Shown: positions 41,212 to 55,681, counted from the stretch's first letter. The stretch is DNA of 64,000 nt from Octopus sinensis (GCF_006345805.1 NC_043002.1:74834001-74898000), one strand, 5' to 3'. Translations and numbers: made by a program. The notes: generated by a model from the letters alone, not told the origin.

Positions 41212-41430
41212 TTAACCCTCTTCATACCAACCAGCTTGAAAGTGTTCTTCGTTCTAAGAAGCATTTGAAGTTATCTAAATTAAAATCTCCCCACAAAATT
41301 TTATGTCAATTTATGATTGAAACCATAAGTTAGTAAGGACAGAGTTATTTTATTAAATTTTTCATCATTTTAAAAATTAATTGGAAGAAAGCCAGTATTT
41401 CAACAGAAACACAGTAATGAAAGTGCTATG
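41212..41430. mobile_element. TTAA-type MITE (family B)
   Basis: Starts ttaaccct; similar to 11679-12098 and to the reverse of 62489-62625. Confidence 0.65.
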
Positions 41431-42934
41431 AAATTTCTTCTTTACCAAGAACTTGTTTGGATCAAATACCCATAAATTTCCCTTCTTAAGATGCATTTTT
41501 ATTGTAGGATCTCTTTACTACCTACAGATACCAGGATTTACCTACCTTAGCGAATATGCTATGCATTATAAAATTTCAGATATAGCATTATATGCAAAAA
41601 TTGCTCAAAAATGCATTTTCCTATAATTAGCTCTCTATTTCTGGCAGAACCTCTGGCAATCTCTTGTAGAGAGGTACTTTGATTGGAAAACACTGCTGTA
41701 CATTTATACAGTGTATCTTGAAATAGGACAAAGTAAAATACTGATAAACAGGTTACTAATACACTGATACTGCCTTGTGATTTGTATATTGTTACTGAGA
41801 ACTTGGGGTATATTGCCCAAGTTTCACCAACAGCAAAACTGTATGTTTTTGCATGCTGCATTTAGTGTATTTATTAAACAGTTATTAAACTATCACAAAA
41901 TATTCAAATTAACTCACCTTTGTGTGAGCTCTGAAGTATTTTTCTAAATGGTTAAGAGCTGTTCTTTATCTGTATCACTGTGATTGGAATTGAATGGATT
42001 TTTATGAAGGCTGAAAGACAAATGCAAAATACTGCATTAGGTTTAAACACCCATGCTGCACTGCTGAGATCTGAAGCTGCAGGCTCTGAGCTTCATTCCA
42101 CAACAAAACTACTGCTATCTAAAATATTTAAATATATTTCTCTGCACTCAGTTCTTATTGGATATACTGATGTATTTAAAGTTGTCTAGTAGTATTCAAT
42201 TTCTCCCTACTATGTTCTGAGTTCAAATTCTGTCATGGATATTTCTACTTTCATTCATTCTGGAGATGGTGAAATAGTGTCAATGATTTACTGTAGTTGA
42301 GTCAAGTCACCTCACTTGCCATACATAAATTTGTAGCATTATGAGCATTTTACCAATGATAGAAGCAATAATAGTTTAAAATTTTGCTATGAAGCCAATA
42401 ATTTTTAGTGGGTTGGTGGAGGTGGGATAATCAATTGCATTGACTACAGTCCTCATCTGGTACTTATTTTATTGACCATGAAAGGATGAAAGGCAGTCAA
42501 CCTTTATTTCAGTGGAATTTGAACTCAGAACCTAGGGCAGTATTGGGCAGATGGTATCAGCAGAGTTGACCCTCAGCAACTGACCATATAAACTCTTTAC
42601 AAACCTCAAGCAAAACCTACTCTAGAGTACTTGTACTCATACTCACATCTGGGGTAGATGCAGACATCTGTCTCTCACCAACTGATTGACATAAATTTGC
42701 TTGCTATCACATTCCAACCTCTAAACCACAAATATACTTTTCTCCTCCCTCTGTCTTTTCTGTTGCTTGTACAGTGCCATCTATTCTTCAGAGCTGGCTA
42801 CAGCCATATCACTTCTACTCAGGCACTCCTAGCTCACTCATCCTGTCCCCTCTTGTCATTCTTTTTGTTTCTTTTTGGTATTATTGTAATAAGTTCTATG
42901 TTCTGCTATAATTGCAACTTCTTATATTGTTTAG

Positions 42935-42968
42935 ATGGCTAAATGTCTTTTCAAAGAGCCAAGTTTAA
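42935..42968 (+). CDS. candidate alternative terminal exon XWLNVFSKSQV*
   Basis: cttcttatattgtttag|a tgg cta aat gtc ttt tca aag agc caa gtt taa; class I PDZ ligand S-Q-V. Confidence 0.5.
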
Positions 42969-43719
42969 GGGATTTAATTCCATTATTGAAGCACTTCAGT
43001 AAAACAACTATAGAAATCTTTATGATATTCAGTTTTATGTATTAATATTTTACTGCAAATTTTTGCTCATTATGAAGAAAAGTTACATTTTCTATATTCC
43101 TACAGCTTTTCAATTAATATTATTCTTTGCTTTCAAACGAAGTGCTTATTTTCCCATGAGTCTCTCTCTTCATTTATTTCTCTTTTGCTCTTCATTTGTT
43201 TCTCCACCACCATTACCACCTTCTTTTCTGAATTATTTGAATTATTTTGCTTTGGCTGATTAAAATACAGAATTTTAACAAGATGTTAACATTTAAAAAA
43301 ATGTCTATATATGTAATGTAATTATTTATTTGCATTTTTTGTTTTCCTTTTCTCAAATTGATTTTTGACACTTGAAGAGTTTAAGAGTGTGTTCATATAT
43401 CTTTGACTATGTGGTAAAATCTTGTATGAATGGCAGCATAATTATTGACACTTATAATTTTGATATTGTTTCATTACAATACTTGCAAATAATTTTATAT
43501 TTTTCCAATGCCAAAATCCTAAGATACCAGGCTATTGTTGTCGTTGTGGTTTCTCATTATTTTTTACTCTTGAATTAATTATCCTGCCAGAAATTTACAT
43601 AATTCAAGTTGACACTCATACATTTGCCCACTATCACTAATGAAGTCTAATAAATCCATTGTTCTTTACAATTTCTGAGGTGTAAATGTGATGATAATAA
43701 TAATAATGATGATGATGAA

Positions 43720-43753
<34 letters not shown>

Positions 43754-45028
43754 GATAAACTTCTACTTCCTACTTTTATTGTTATTTTCCACTTGATATT
43801 ATTGTATGTTTTCATTGCACAGCTGAGCATAACTCTGTATACCTTGGATATATTGATGTGTTTTAATTTGTTTTTTGTGTTTTCTGTATTATTAAAAGTA
43901 TTCCACCACGTAATGTGGGCTGCAGTGCCTCGTAGTAATGTTTTCAAAGTGTTATATAAACCTATCAGTCCTGGTGTTTTAGTTATATATTTAATTGCAT
44001 CGTCATCATTTAGTGTCCCTATTCCATGTTGGCATGAGTTGGGCAGTGTAACAGAATCTTATAGATCAGAGGATTGTCTTGCTCCAATGTCTGTTTTGGC
44101 ACAGTTTATGTTACTGGATGCCCTTCCTGAGAAATGCATTCATTTGCATATTTTTAAAAATCATTCCCAAGGTACCTAATATTAAAGGGATTGTTTCTAT
44201 TTTTTGAGATAACCACATTGTTTATTTCTGTTTATAGACCTTTGTATTGAGATAATTTCTCATTTCTGTTCAAGGAAATTCATCATCTGCTATGATTGTT
44301 AAGGATATGCTTCCTGTCTTAATATTTCTTGACAATAATATTCAGTTGAATTGCCTTTTACATTTCCCTCTGAGAGCTTTTCTATTGCATTTGAATAAAT
44401 GAGTCCATTTTTAGGTATTTGCTGTTCAGTCATGATAGGACTGATTGGCAAGTTCTGCAGTCAGTTGAATGAACTACTCCCCTCCCCCATCTGTGTTTGT
44501 GCTTTTATTTATGTGCCTGGACAGCATTTGCTTGTGTCCTCCCAGCTTCAGTGTTTTTCAGCTCTGTTGATGTTCCTTTTATTTTCTCCTTACTCTGACC
44601 TCTCCTCACCTTGACAAGCACTTGTTAACTCTTATGTCTACACCCACCTCGCTCTAATCCTTATTTATCCTTCAACACCAGTTGACCTTTTTCCTCTTCT
44701 GTGAATGGTCCTTGCCAAAATGTTAATCTTTTCTTCTTCCTCATGGCATTAAATTTATTCCACTCTTTGAATTACTTGTTTGTTTGGGTTTCACTCTCAT
44801 TCTGTTATTGTTGTGTTCCTTTGTAGTCCTGACTCTTCTCCTTTAGATATTCCACTCTTTATTTATATCACTTGTCACTGATTGCTATTTTTAAACCCGA
44901 TCTTTTTCTCTGTGTTCAACATTTAAATTGTTTAGAATAGTGATTCCCCATCATTACATGTTATTTCCAAAGAACTTCTTAACATCTATGTATAAATACT
45001 GGTTTACAGTGCTTCCTCTGTTTTGTAG

Positions 45029-45053
45029 AAGTGTATTGGAGTTTGTCATTTGA
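45029..45053 (+). CDS. candidate alternative terminal exon XSVLEFVI*
   Basis: gcttcctctgttttgtag|a agt gta ttg gag ttt gtc att tga; class II-like E-F-V-I end. Confidence 0.45.
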
Positions 45054-45174
45054 AGTAGTAATAGTAGTAGTTGTAGTAAATGTAACAGTAGTAGTTTTTT
45101 GCCACTGTTTGCTTTTTACCATAAATTCAAAGCTTTAGATTTCTATAAAGACATTTTCCCCCCTCCAACTTTAG

Positions 45175-45202
45175 GAGAAAATCCTCCTTGACCTCCTGTT
45201 AG
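45175..45202 (+). CDS. candidate alternative terminal exon XRKSSLTSC*
   Basis: ttttcccccctccaactttag|g aga aaa tcc tcc ttg acc tcc tgt tag; basic kinase site plus T-x-C end. Confidence 0.5.
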
Positions 45203-45604
45203 AAAACTGCTTGTTGAATCTAAGATTTTTGTCAGTTTGTTGGCTTGAATAATCATTAACAAACATCTGGGTATTTACAGTTTATTAACGGCTACTGACC
45301 AAATCTGTAGTTTTTATTGCATGTGTGTTCATGAACAGAAAGCCTAATTTTATTTCATCCATCAGTGATGTTAATATCCATTTAGTGATATCAGGAGATT
45401 TTTTTCCTTTCTTTTTTATTGAATTTGATGTGCTTAATAAATACGTTAATGAGAGCTGAAGAACATTGTGATGGGGATAAAATTCCTCTGGGGAGATTTG
45501 AGTGTATTCCTTAGTGGTAATTATATTAAATGCTGATGGTATCTTTTAGATTTGTTTCCATGTAAAGCAATTTATCTTTTCTTTTTCTTTTCTCTCTTAT
45601 TATC

Positions 45605-45643
<39 letters not shown>

Positions 45644-45657
45644 ATATTTTCCTACAG

Positions 45658-45694
45658 TTTTAGTTATAAACTGCTTTTTTGTTCAACTCTGTAA
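45658..45694 (+). CDS. candidate alternative terminal exon XFSYKLLFCSTL*
   Basis: (ct)n tttatattttcctacag|t; the end is both S-x-L and CxxL. Confidence 0.5.
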
Positions 45695-45820
45695 TCTTGC
45701 TTTGTTGTGTGAGTGTGTGCATGTACATGTATGTGCCTGTGTGTCTAAGCTTGGAGATAGTGGTGAAGAGTGTCTGTGTTTTTCTTTTTATTATTGTATT
45801 CATTTTTTTTACTTTGCTAG

Positions 45821-45917
45821 AATGAGCAAATTTGGATATTGGTATATATTATACAGCAAGTGTCATTATAAGTGGATAATTTCTGGGCCAAGCAGAATAA
45901 TGTGCCTGGTGCTTTGA
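45821..45917 (+). CDS. candidate alternative terminal exon XMSKFGYWYILYSKCHYKWIISGPSRIMCLVL* (CaaX)
   Basis: ttttttttactttgctag|a; ends CLVL, the same tetrapeptide as RhoA. Confidence 0.5.
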
Positions 45918-46529
45918 CTATGAGCACACAAATATGGTTTCAGCTGTAGAAACTATGTCCATGTTGTCACATGCATACATACATTGTGTGTGTCTGTCTG
46001 TGTAAGAATGCCTGATACTATATACATTCAAATCTCACAAGCAACAAATTATTGAAAAATGGAAGAAAAAAAAATGTAGTGGAGCATGGAAAATAGTGAT
46101 TTATAAGGGTGCTAGAGATGTGGTATCAAACTTACAGCTGACATGCATTTGGGTCAACATTGCAGATACACATGTGGCATCAAGTGGTGTTATATTTCTA
46201 TGAGATGTATGTGCTTTCATGCACATGTGCACCTTGTCCTGCAAATATTTCAGTTTGATTTAACCAGGAGACATCTGAGAGTCTATCAAAATGAAACTGA
46301 AACAGTAGGTTGAGAGGTTAGGTTTTGAGTGCTTGCAGTGAGCTGGCAGAATCGTTAGCATCTCAGACAAAAATATCATTATGATGTGAGTTCAAATTCC
46401 ACCAAGGTCACTATGTCTTTCATCTTTTTGGTTCCAGTAAAATAAAGTACTGGTGTTGTTACAATTGACTTACTCTCTCCCATGCCTGAATGAGAGAGAG
46501 AGAGAGAGAGAGAGAGATTTTCTCTAATA

Positions 46530-47330
46530 TTAGAACTACATCTTCATAGAGTATCAGACTTTCATAAAATGTCTCTTCAAAAGTCACCATTAAGGACAGT
46601 AACCTTCCAATTGTATATTCCCATTTCATGGAATTGAGAGTTATTAAATGATATATGTGAAGCAAATGACAGCTTTCTTGGTATTGCTTTTGTCCAGACA
46701 GCTGAAAAGACAGTGTCTTCAGTCAGCAATTTGCAAACCAATCTTGTGCAGTTTATATTACATATAAGGTTAAAGGCAGTGGATGGAAAAATCAGTACAG
46801 TGCCAGACAAAATGCTTTACATTCTGAGTTGTTTTAGATGGTAATGATGTTAAGCATTTTCCAGTTTTGAGGCTCTGTTTCATATCTCTGTAAAGTAGCA
46901 ATGGGGCATTTTTGGCAGGGGTAACCACCCTTTTCCAGGATCTCTGCTGGAATATTGTCCAGTGCAAGAGACTTTGTGTTATTCCAAATTCTGATAGCAG
47001 TACTGTTTTAGTGAGAATTGATGGCTTGTTAAAGTGATGGGCGACAGATATTTTGTTGAATTCCACTGTGACAATTGGTTCTACAGGTGTGGGAGCTGGT
47101 TGAAATGTTTTTATTTGGCACTGCACTATTGCTGACTGGCCTTTCCTTAAGGCTTTGATGTCTGGTGATTCGAATGGTGCCATGGAGCAATTCCTGTGCT
47201 ATGGAAGACATCTGGTGCCAAATAGAAATTTTGCATGTCATGACTTTCTGTATGTGTCTAAAATTCTTCAGCTTTTGTAATCTACAATTATTTCAGAGTG
47301 GATTGACTTCAGCCACACTTTTAAGAGCTC
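46530..47330 (-). mobile_element. decayed LINE (RTE-like) ORF2 fragment
   Basis: The minus strand near 46930-46985 reads NNTKSLALDNIPAEILEKGG, matching the K(A/S)PGxDxIPAE motif upstream of non-LTR RT domains. Confidence 0.6.
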
Positions 47331-47372
<42 letters not shown>

Positions 47373-48830
47373 ATGCATGCCTGCCTGCCTCTGCCTGTCT
47401 ATCTGTCTGTCTCTGTCTGTTTGCCTGTCTCTCTCTCTTTCTCTCAGTGTGTAGTGGTAATGAGAGATTGTCCTAAGTTTCTTTGTCCTATCAATATAGA
47501 ATATGCAACATAAGGACCATTACATGCATGTGTATATGCACATGTAAACACTATGAAATCTCACTCACAAGATTTGGTCAGCTGAATCCTATGGCAGAAG
47601 CCATTTGCTGTGTGTGTGAGTGTGTGTGCACCCATCTCAAAGTATAACTATCACTGGTTTACAACCATTTTTCTATATTAGAATATATAACAACATTTTA
47701 GCAATTTTGAATACTTGAATATAGTTAGAATGGCTCTTGTATTGAGTTCTTACTGCTAAGCACTGAAATATGAAATAACAGCAGCATATTTGGACTAGCT
47801 TTGGTGGTTAAGGTTAGGAGAATCATAACCCCTAGCCTTATGCTTGTACCACAATCTGTACTCAGAGTGATGATTTCTGCAGCTTCATGTCTTCCCAGGT
47901 ATTGCATCTCACAAACACGAGTTTTTGACAAGAGCAAAATAAATAAATAATTAAATAAATAAAAGTAAAAATATAACTATTTACAAATTTAAAATGGGAT
48001 TTAGCATCATTGATGTGTTTTGTGCTTAATTTTCGTTTGGAAAGCAGTGATAAAGCAATTCATTTAGCTATGGTTTCGATGTAAGCAAATGCAAATTTTT
48101 GAAGTGCAATAAATAAAAAAAAAAATAAAAAAAAGTAAAGCAACTTATATAAAATATAGTGAAATTCAGAATGCCAAAACAAAAAAAATAAAAATCTGGT
48201 AAGGAGGGGTTGGGGTGTACATTTTAATCATAAAAGATGCACAATATTGAAAATATCATTATATTTAAAGACCATTATATTTACTTACCGATTCTTTGAA
48301 GTTTCCCCAAAACCTATGAATAATTGTACAAATTTACTTACTTTAAAAACTGTTTTATTCCTATGCTATCAACAAAGACTAAAAGCAATGAGAATTAGAA
48401 AAAAAAACTGAAATATATTTGAAAGTCGATGCTTTATATCGACTAGCCTTTAGTTAATAGAACACAGATTTCGTGTATGAAATCTTTCTGAATTTAAATT
48501 TAAATAATTGTGAACACTAAATGAAAGCATATTTTAATTAGGGTTAAAAGGTACACGAAAAAGAAGTAAAAATGAAGGTAAAAAGGATAAAAAAGAAGAA
48601 AGAAACCAGCATTGGTTTCCATTGAAAATTCCTTTTAAACACCTCAGAACATTGTTTGTTATTCCATTAATATCACTCTTCTGTTCTGCTTTTCTTCACA
48701 TTTTCTGAACACAGTTGCATTGACAAAATAAAACTTATGCAATTTATAATATGTAAAATTTTTAAAAGGGTTAATCTAACTTAATCATTTTTTTTTATGG
48801 TTGTGATACACACACACACACATGTATGTA

Positions 48831-48918
<88 letters not shown>

Positions 48919-49223
48919 TGTCAAATTCACTTAGGATTTTAATGTTAGAATTTGAAGGGTTTACGCTTAGGTGAATCTTGTGTCATCCCCTCATGAACAA
49001 AGCCTCTCATTAAAAAAAAACAATAAAAATCAAAAGCAATGCTACAAATGAAAGGAGCTTTAATTTTCTCTTCATTTTATTTTCAGCTGAGCAAATACCA
49101 TTGAAATGTTTCATTGTTGTTGTGTAGTGTATATAATGATATAAAGCTGTAAATATGTAATGTATTCATGTTGGATAATGGATATTTTGAATGTCTTTGG
49201 TTATTTCAGTTATGCCTGTTACA

Positions 49224-49262
<39 letters not shown>

Positions 49263-50419
49263 CACACACACATGTGTGTGTGTGTGTACACATTTCCTTG
49301 TCTTGGCATCACGTGATAATCACTGTCATAGTAAATAGTGTCCTTCATTTACAGCTTCTGTCAAAACATGTCTCGCCTTGGGTATGGTGGGGGAGTATAA
49401 CCAGGTGATGGTTAGCAACAGAAAGGGCATGCAGCCATTGAAAGTCTACCTCAACAAATTCCAACTTGCACATGCAAACATTTAAAAGTGGGCAACAAAA
49501 TGATGATGGTAGTGGCAGCAGCACTGCTGATAATGATGATGATGATGATGATGATAATAATATGAAGCCTCTCATCTTTACTGTGGGAACTTCCTCACCC
49601 ATAGGCATTTATGTATACTTCTGAGTTTCATGGTCTACTTACCCACTTTTTTTTAAAAAAATATGTTATGAAGTTAGGCAACTTCTAATATATTTTGGCA
49701 TTCCTTTCTCTCAATCTTCCCCCGTTTTCACCATTTACTCAGATACCACCCCCCAACCCCTCATCCATTTTCATATCTCAGCTTTCTTGTTGTTCTTCCA
49801 GTTGTTTTCCCTTCTGCAGGATCTGAACACAGAATGTAAAAGGATATACCTAAATACTATAAGGCTTTAGATAACACTAATTACAAATATTTTGATATTA
49901 AGTTAAAGAACATGGATTGCCTTCAGTTATAATTCCTCCACATACACGACCTAAAAGAGCCGTGGGTTTTTTTCCCCCTTTTTTTGTAATGTTGAAGTTG
50001 TTTTGCTTGCTTTTAAGTTTGTTATTTATTGCTATTCCTTCTCCTGAAGTCCTGAAGGACTCAAAAGGATTAGTGCTTATATCAAATCTAAGTTACATTA
50101 AACGAGGGGCGGGGTTTGTGTGAGTATGTCTTTACCCAATTAGGATGCCTTTCTAAAGCAGGTGGTATTTTCAGACAATCCAGGTATCTATTTCTGATGA
50201 CAATTAGATGGATTGAAATGTGTAGAATTATCTTTGTAATTTCTATAATACTTTATTGGACACTGACTGAAGTGCCTGCATTTTTGCTTTCCACGCAAAC
50301 AATATTCACAAATAAAACAGGCAAAGATTAATTCTGGTTTCAGCAGTTTTCCCTGAAATAGTTAAAATTTTTATCCCCCCCCCCCTCACACACACACACA
50401 CAAAATGTGTGTGTCTTTA

Positions 50420-50815
50420 ATCTCACTGGTTTCAGTCATTGGACTGTGGCCATGCTGGGCCACTGCCTTGAAGATATTTTAGTTGGACAAATTAACCCCC
50501 CCAGTACTTATTTCTTTTTTAAAGTCTGGCACTTATTCTATCAGTCTCTTTTGCCAAACTGCCAAGTTATATGAACATAAACAAACACTGGTTGTCAAGC
50601 CATAAGGGAGAAGGAACACACACACACACACACACACATGTGTATGTGTGTATATGCACACACTATTGGCTTCTACACAGTTTCCACCCACAAAATGTCA
50701 GTTGGCCTGGAGCTATAGTAGAAGGCACTTGCCCAAGGTACTGTGCAGCTGGACTGAACCTGTAACCACGTGATTACAAAGCAAGCTTACTAACCACACA
50801 GCCATGCCTGTGCCT
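50420..50815 (-). mobile_element. tRNA/CORE-like SINE
   Basis: Reverse-complement match to 6371-6749. Confidence 0.8.
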
Positions 50816-52629
50816 ATGATAACTCGAACATTATCACTACAACTAATAATTTGAAATATCCTAAAGAATATGCAACAAGTTTGGTTTTTTGTTGGTTTTT
50901 CTTCTTCATTTTATATCTTCATATTTTTCCTATTGTCGGTGTTTATAATTATTTTTCACACAGAGATTGTACAATTTATTGTATATCCAACCAACTCCAC
51001 CTTCTCTCAACAGTCATAATTTTCTTGGGCTGGTTTTGGTTATCCTTCTCCTCCGCCACCAACCTCCACAGTTCTTCACTGGTGCTTTTATTAGTTAGCA
51101 TTATTAAAGCTGCTCTGCTGTCTTAGCTTTTATTGTTAAAGCAGCATCAATAACCACCACAATAATGTTATTTTCGTTTATTGATTTGCTCTTTTATTTT
51201 ATTTTAATTTATTGTATTTTTTTTTTCTTTCTTACTGCATGATGTTCTTTGTTCTTTTGGATTACGTTTGTCATTGCTTTTCATTAATTCTTCCAATATT
51301 CTTCGAAAAAGTCATTGTTTGAAAATGAAGTCATTAAGCGAAATTGTAGCCTCATTGCTATGTCGAGTGGATTATTTCTGTGTCTGTCTGTTTGTCTGTT
51401 AGTCTCAGAAAGAAACTGACTGACTCTGATGCTATTAATTATTTGTCTTTTATTCTAATGGAATTGATAAATGATTACCAGTAAGACACTAGGGCTAATT
51501 TCACTAATTTCTTCTTTTTTCCTTCCTCAGCAGTAATTTGTATTGTGCTCAGTGAAAAATATAGCATTAAAGCTGATTCTCATTTGTATCTCTTAGATGG
51601 TCTGTCTTAAGCAAATGTGGGTGTCTCCAAATGGCTGCTTTACTTACTAGAAAGAACAGCTAAATCCTCCACAAATTACCTTTACTCTCTTGTTTAAAAG
51701 GTCTCGTTGAATAATGTAGTTCTGGATTTGGGATTCTTTGGTAGTGCGCAACAGGAATAGGATTAGCTGGAATAACTTTGCTTGCACCTATTCTGCATCA
51801 AGACTGAATTGGGAAGACTACCCAAGGATGATATGCTTTCCATGAAAAATAAGTGATAAGATCAATGTTCATATCTTTAATGTTGTGACTGAAGACATTT
51901 TAATTATTTAAAATTGCACCTGTAGTAAGGAGAAAGAATTGTTAGCTTAACGATCACTGCTTGTGAAGAATGGCAGGAGTGACAACTCTGAAATTTTAAA
52001 TGATATCAAAATAAGGGATGCACTGGGAAGTGAGCCTGATTTTGGTGGTATGGTGACAAGATTGATTATGTCTTATTAGTAGACTCCCCCCACTCAATGA
52101 AATATAGTCTTTATTAGTACTTCCATGCAAAGATGACAAAACTGCGACGTGTTTGGGACTGTCACAGTACTACTTGGGTTAGATTGATTCAACACTGCAT
52201 TTCAAATAATCTAGCTTTAATTAAATTTGATCAGTTAAAATTTGTGGGTGGAGTACCAGAGTGCTACTTTGTAGAGTTAATTGAACAAAATGACTCAAGT
52301 TCTTATTTTAAGCCTGTTACTTATTTTGTTATACACTTTTGCTGAAGTGCTAAGTTACAGGGACATAAAGAAACCAACACTGCTTGTCAAGTGGCAAGAG
52401 ACAAAACAAATACTAAGACACACACTAATTGGCTTCTCACAGTTGCCATCTACCAAAATTAACTGACAATGCATTGGTTGGCCCTTAGGTGATAGTAGAA
52501 GACTCCTGTCCATGGCATTACACGGCTGTTGCAAAGCAAACTTCTTGACCTCACAGTTATTCCTGGTCAAAAGAAAAAGAATAAAAAGAAATTTTGTTGA
52601 CCCATAAGATAAAGATTATAATATTTATT

Positions 52630-52858
52630 TCATTATTGCCCACAAGGAGCTAAACATAGAGGGGACAAACAAAGGCAGACAAAGGGATTAGATTGATTAC
52701 ATCTACCCTAGTGTGTAACTGGTGCTTATTTAATTGACTCTGAAAGGATGGAAGGCAAAGTTGACCTTGGTAGAATTTGAACTCAGAATGTAATGGTAGA
52801 TGAAATATCGCTAAGCATTTCGCCCAGCATGCAAATGAATCTGCCAGCTAGCTGCCTT
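52630..52858 (-). mobile_element. Meta-domain-like SINE
   Basis: gaaaggatggaaggcaaagttgacc...gaatttgaactcagaa...ctgccagct. Confidence 0.8.
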
Positions 52859-52881
52859 GATTATAATATTGGTTGCACACT

Positions 52882-53365
52882 CTAACCCTTCAGCATTCAG
52901 ATTACTCTTTCAAATGTAATGCCTATTTATTCGCACTGTTTTGAATTAATCATGCATTATCTTGTAGGTTTCAGATTTTGATGGTGTACTTATTTTTTTG
53001 AATGACATTGTAGGATAACTGTGAGAGGCCAGCTCTAGCCAGTTTGAATATAAAGCAGGTGGAAAATCTTGGCTTGATATGGTCTCTTTAACCCTTTAGC
53101 ATTTAAACTGGCTACAACCAGCCAGATATGGCTGGCTTCTCACACCTACTCTCTTTTACTTGTTTCAGTCATTTGACTGTGGCCATGCTGGAGCACCGCC
53201 TTTAGTCGGGCAAATCAACCCCAGGACTTATTCTTTGTAAGCCTAGTACTTATTCTATCGGTCTCTTTTGCCGAACCGCTAAGTTATGGAAACATAAACA
53301 CACTAGCATCGGTTGTCAAGCAATGTGTGTGTGTGTGTGGGGGGGGGGCAAACACAGACACACAA

Positions 53366-53397
<32 letters not shown>

Positions 53398-53698
53398 GAT
53401 GGGCTTCTTTCAGTTTCTATTTACCAAATCCACTCACAAGGCTTTGGTTGGCCCGAGGCTATAGTAGAAGACACTTGCCCAAGGTGTCACAGAGTGGGAC
53501 TGAACCCAGAACCATGTGGTTGGTAAGCAAGCTTCTTACCACACAGCCACTCCTATACCTACCCGACAATGTCATTCTAAAAATAAACCAATGCATCACT
53601 GAAATTTTGAAACTTCAAGATAATGCATGATTAATTCAAAACAAGGTGAATAAGTAAGCATTACATTTGACAAAGTAATCTGAATGCTAAAGGGTTAA
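52882..53698. mobile_element. two family A MITEs in inverted orientation, the second interrupted by a SINE (53152-53555, minus)
   Basis: 52882-53085 is the reverse complement of the family A body. 53088-53698 has TTAA ends and an acctac duplication flanking the SINE. Confidence 0.8.
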
Positions 53699-54487
53699 AA
53701 GAATGAACTGTGGTTGGTACTTTATTTTATCAGTTAAAGAAAAAAATGAAAGGCATTGTTGATCTTAACTCAGAATGTAAAACAACTAAATACTACAAAG
53801 CATTTTGTCCATTTTCTCCATATGATTGTAAAGACAAAAGGACCAAGAGTGAAGGAATGCTCAAGGAAATCCTATCCATCCATTCATCTAAACAAAATCT
53901 GTGTGGCAGGCCTGGTGGCTGTAAAAAGGATTTCTAACACTGGCTCAATGACGTAGATTTTGTCTGAATGCCTCTGTGAGTTTGTTAACTGCTCTGCCAC
54001 ATGAGACTAGAAATGAAGAACACTGCTTGCATGGTGGTGACACAACTATCACACAATGTCATGGCAAGGAGACACACACGCACACAGCTTCTTTCAGTTT
54101 CTACAAAATTCACTCACAAGGCTTTGGTTGGCCTGGGCCATATTACGACACAGTTGCTCAAATCCAGTTGTCACCATTTGTATTTACTTAATCTGTTTAC
54201 TCATTGATGCCATTCATGCCTTCCAGTAGCATTTGACAAGGCCTTAGTTACATGGAGAAAGCTAAATGTATCGCATATAATAAATATGCTTACCCAATCC
54301 CTCCCTGTAATCTTTTGCTCCATGCGTTTGCAGATGTTTTTAAAATCCTGCAAAAGAAGGAATGATCATTTGGTATGAAAGAGAAGGAGAGAGAGAGAGG
54401 AGGGAGTGAATGGTGCCATACAAAAATGCATTTTCGTTTTTGTCATTTATCCTCCATCAACTAAAGTCAAGTTTAATTTTCCAATAG

Positions 54488-54551
54488 TGTTTATAAACTG
54501 TATTGTATTACTGTTGAGACAAGGAAGACATTTTGTATTTTTGCTTTATGA
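54488..54551 (+). CDS. candidate terminal exon XVYKLYCITVETRKTFCIFAL*
   Basis: tttaattttccaatag|t; F-x-L end. Confidence 0.3.
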
Positions 54552-55033
54552 TTGTAAGTTTATAATGCAATTTTAAAATATTTTTCAAGAAAGTTGTGCT
54601 AGGAAATTGGAAGTGAGGAAATCTATCCTTCAATGCAATTTTTGCTTCTCTTATATTGATGAAAACTTTGAGTAAATATATATATAAAAGCATTAATCTT
54701 CATTTTCCAGCTGATAATTTTTTTCCCTTAACATTTCTTTATAATCTCTTATTAATGCTATTATTTATTTATTGCTTTTTTTTTAATCATTATTAATTCA
54801 GAACTGTTATTTTGCATACATTCATTCTGGTGTCTTTACATTCCTTCTTTGTCCTTCCTGTCAAATGTACCTGTCACTCAAAGGCTGATATTGGTCTAAT
54901 TCATTCTATTTTCACAAAGAAATGTTCTTTACTTTTTCTTTCTTTTCACTGCTCCTTGAAATAATAATAATATAAAGAAATCAAGCAGCAGTGAGCAGAA
55001 GTGTGTTTTTCGGTTGGAAATTTTAATCTTCAG

Positions 55034-55097
55034 TTTTCTCAAGGAGGCTGTTAATTGCCTCTATGTCTCCTTTTCTCTGCTGGTAAGTGGTTTGTGA
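55034..55097 (+). CDS. candidate terminal exon XFLKEAVNCLYVSFSLLVSGL*
   Basis: ttttaatcttcag|t; S-x-L end; internal GTAAGT at 55083. Confidence 0.35.
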
Positions 55098-55678
55098 GTA
55101 TCTCAGACTTCTAATCTTTCTTATGCTGACGGTGATTACTGTCTGCTGCTGCCAATATGGTAAGGTGACAATATTAGCTGAGATTGTTGAGAATTAGTGC
55201 TGTTTAATTTCCAAGTGAATAAATTTAATTGTCTTCATATTCTCATAGACCATACTGGAGAAGATTTGATAGAGTGTACTAGGAAAAGTGCTAGCTTCAA
55301 TATTGGCTGGTTTCAAGGAGACAATCTGCATTGTCCTAGAGCAAGGCTTATGGCATTGAGTGGAGCTGTTTACTTTTAATCATAGCTCATGTAGACATAA
55401 TCTGCTCATTTATTTCCATCCAGGACATGTTGAGATTATCAAGCAATATTTTCTCTCCTGTAAGAGAGTGCTGAAGGCACAAATAGCAAAGAGGTTGGAC
55501 ACATTAAATATCTGCATCTACGTGTTGATAAGGTTTCTTTAGAGTTTTCTTTTTTTTTTTTTTCTTCCTGTCTTGAAAGGTAGCAGTAATTTCTTCTTGG
55601 CTTTTATTTATATATTTGTTATTAAATATTTATCTTGAAACAGCTAAGTTATGCACCACCCACATATTTCTTGAGTCA

Positions 55679-55681
<3 letters not shown>

